Source: an uncultured delta proteobacterium
GTDB lineage: Bacteria > Desulfobacterota > RBG-13-43-22
NCBI GenBank assembly: GCA_963802945.1
Contig: CAWDKY010000004.1
Span: forward strand, 1-17,868
Length of the DNA: 17,868 bases
Direction: 5' to 3'
In this document: in pieces, positions 15,100 through 17,868 of the stretch
Layout of the letters: the number at the start of each line of letters is the position of its first letter
How positions within the stretch are numbered: the first letter of the stretch is position 1
The notes under the pieces: model-generated
What the model was told of the DNA's origin: nothing
The model's database searches: none
What the model saw: the letters and a program-made list of their open reading frames with translations, nothing else
Program-made: the position numbers and the translations under genes

Positions 15100-17530
15100 A
15101 TGAAAATGAATTTTAGGGGGTTGACCCCAGAAGAACTCCGAAGGATTTGTGATCCCGACAGCTTGGGCTTTGAGACGACCGAGGAGTTGGCTGTCGGTCC
15201 TGACAAGGTGATTTCCCAAGAACGGGCCGTCCAGGCCATACTTTTCAGTGTTGGTATGGATGGGCTGGATTATAATATCTATGTAGCCGGACCGCCTAAG
15301 GCCGGGATGACTTATATTACCCGGACCCTGATAGAGGAAATTGCCCGAGGTAAAAACCCCCCACCCGACTGGTGTTATATCCACAATTTCAAAGAACCAG
15401 ATCGTCCGAAGGCCTTGTCCCTGCCCAGCGGCAAGGGAAAAGAATTAAAAAAAGATATCGAAGAACTGATCGGTGATTTGCAGAGAGATGTTCCCGAAGT
15501 GTTTGAAAGTGATGATTATGCCCAAAGAAAAGATGATTTTTTAAAAAAGTTCAATGCTGAACGGACAGAAATCCTTACAGCTTTGGAGGAAAAAGCCCTG
15601 GGGCAAGGATTTATTTTAAATGTCAGTCAGGTGGGTATGGTTATTATGCCGGCCAAAGATGGTCAGCCCATGGATGAAGAGACCTTGAAATCCCTAAACG
15701 ATGAGGACAAAAAACAACTAAGAGAAAAAAGCGAAGTCCTTCAGGTGGAAATGAACCAGGTGGTTCGAATAATCAAGAAGAAGGAAAAAGACCTGCGAAA
15801 AAAAATAAAGGAACTGGATAAAAGAGTTGCCCTGTTTTCGGTAGGCCATTTGATCGAAGAACTGCAGGAAAAATATCAAGAATTCCCCCAGGTGCTCAGG
15901 CATTTAAAAGATATCAAAGATGATATCATCCGAAATATAGATGATTTCAAAGCCAAGCCGGTGCCTCCCGGACCGTTCCCCATGCCGAACCTGGAACCTT
16001 CTTTGACCCGCTACAAAGTCAATGTTTTCATCGATCATACCGAAACCAAAGGCGCTCCTGTGGTCTTTGAGACCAATCCGAACCTACCCCAATCTTTTCG
16101 GAACCATCGAAAAACAGGCCCAGTTCGGGGCCCTGGTTACTGATTTCAGTATGATCCGTCCGGGCTCTTTGCATCGGGCCAATGGAGGGTTTTTGATTAT
16201 CAAGGCCCTGGATCTCCTGCGGTGGTATTTTTCCTGGGAAGGTCTGAAACGTTCTCTGAAAACCAAACAAATCCTGATTGAGGATTTGGGAGAACAACTG
16301 GGCATGATCAGCACCAAGACCCTCAAGCCGGAACCCATTCCCCTTCAGGTCAAGATTCTTTTGATCGGGGAACCTTATATCTATCACCTCCTTTATATGG
16401 GGGATCAGGATTTCCCTAAAATGTTCAAGGTGAAGGCCGAATTGGACGATCAGATAGATCTTGAGGAGGCTCCTCTAAAAGACTATATCCAGTATATCGC
16501 CCGTTATTGCCGGGAAAGGAAGTTGTTACCCGTGCACAAAAGTGGGGCGGCTCGGTTGATTGAATACAGCTCGGAACTTACCGGACGAAACTTCAAACTC
16601 TCTTTACAACTGACAGAAATCAATGACTTGATGCAGGAAGCCCACTTCTGGGCAACCAAAGGGCAAAGTCCCTTGATTCTAGCCGAACATATCGAAAAGG
16701 CCGTGGAAGAAAAAATCTTCCGTTCCAACTTATACGAAGAGAAGTTACAGGAAATGATTACCCTGGGGGACATCAAGGTGGAAACCGATGGATACCGAAT
16801 AGGACAGATCAATGGACTTTCCGTGTATCCGATGGGGGATTATCAATTCGGTCGTCCTTCAAGAATAACCGCCAATTGTTCTCTGGGTAAAGAAGGGGTG
16901 GTGGATATTGACCGGGAATCCAAATTGAGCGGCAATATCCATACTAAAGGGGTGATGATTTTAAGCGGCTATTTAAAAGGGAAGTACGCCCTCGATAAAC
17001 CGCTGAGTTTATCGGCCAGTATCGCCTTCGAACAAAATTATGGTCTGGTGGACGGGGACAGTGCTTCCGGAGCCGAATTAATGGCCTTGCTTTCCTCCTT
17101 GGCGCAACTTCCTATTTTCCAGGGGATTGCTGTTACCGGTTCAGTCAGCCAGAAAGGGGAGATTCAGCCCATCGGCGGGGTCAATGAAAAGATTGAAGGA
17201 TTCTTTGAGGTCTGCCGAGAAAAAGGCCTTACCGGAAAACAAGGGGTTTTGATCCCTGAGGCTAATGTCAAAGACCTGATGCTAAAAAAGAAAGTGGTGG
17301 AAGCGGTCCGAGAAGGGCAGTTTCATGTCTTTCCCATCAGCCACATTGAACAAGGTCTAGAGATATTAACCGGGAAAAAAGCCGGGAAAAAGAAAAAGGA
17401 CGCGATTTATCCCAGGAACACCATAAATTTCAGGGTTGAAGAACGGCTTAATAAACTGAATGAAATTTCAAGAGAGACGGCCGGAAAAGAGCGATCAAAC
17501 GAGCAGGACAAAAAGGTCGCCTCTCTTTAA
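15100..17530 (+). pseudogene. Lon-family (S16, LonB/LonC-type) protease split by a 1-nt insertion near 16081 (true lesion or sequence error)
   Basis: ORFs 15100-16143 and 16022-17530 join as VVFETNP-TYPNLFG if one A at 16081/16082 is removed. Motifs: PPDWCYIHNF, PGSLHRANGG, GQINGLSV, IHTKGVMIL, FEQNYGLVDGDSAS, IGGVNEKIEGFF. Confidence 0.88.
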
Positions 17531-17571
17531 AGACCTCTTCCTTTCTCCTTAGAGATCAGAAAATCAATGGC

Positions 17572-17868
17572 TCAATTTCTAACCTGATACCACTGAATCC
17601 GTTGTAAATTCCTGACCCGTGGGGTCCCCGGAGGCAGGTTGTTGGGATCCATGTTATAAGACCAGTTACGAGTAGGGGCCGCATAGACAGGGGAACCATT
17701 GACCCATTTCCCTATGGCCCTCTGGCTTTGCCATAAACAGGTGAGGGACCCTCCATAGGTTAACGTATCGTTGCTCCAATCCTCCAGTAACCTGAGAAAA
17801 TTTTCCAGACCACCGCTATATTGGGTTCCTGTTGTCGGGTCAACGGTCGGGACGTTTCCGGTCATGAT
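17572..17868 (-). CDS. C-terminal fragment of a large PilX-associated/HpsA-like exported protein
   Basis: YSGGLENFLRLLEDWS...LTYGGSL..LWQS....W.....YAAPTRNWSY......LPPGTP resembles the C-terminus of such proteins (recalled, not searched). The 5' part is outside the window. Confidence 0.6.
   Translation of the reverse strand: MMTGNVPTVDPTTGTQYSGGLENFLRLLEDWSNDTLTYGGSLTCLWQSQRAIGKWVNGSPVYAAPTRNWSYNMDPNNLPPGTPRVRNLQRIQWYQVRN

Noticed and set aside
1-17868. CRISPR array, tRNA, rRNA, transposase or integrase
   Set aside because: No repeat-spacer periodicity, cloverleaf with T-loop consensus, or recombinase/transposase motif was seen by eye.

Overview
Bacterial chromosomal window. Gene content (TPAT transporter, TtcA, DUF1847, HU, TypA, MtgA, LonB/C-type protease, a sigma-54 promoter) suggests an anaerobe such as Desulfobacterota; that placement is inference. 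It holds about 15 protein-coding loci, mixing housekeeping genes with uncharacterised accessory genes. I found no rRNA, tRNA, CRISPR array, transposase or integrase, and cannot support a complete new multi-gene system. Best leads: (1) a sigma-54 promoter with an IHF-like site and an upstream inverted repeat in front of a small exported Lys/Glu-repeat protein; (2) an AT-rich pentapeptide-repeat membrane gene bracketed by two GGTC-N-GACC palindromes; (3) a secreted protein with two internal repeats whose N-terminus is hidden by a frameshift; (4) a Lon-family protease with an intact Ser-Lys dyad but degenerate Walker A and B motifs; (5) three disrupted reading frames, which may be real decay or assembly error.
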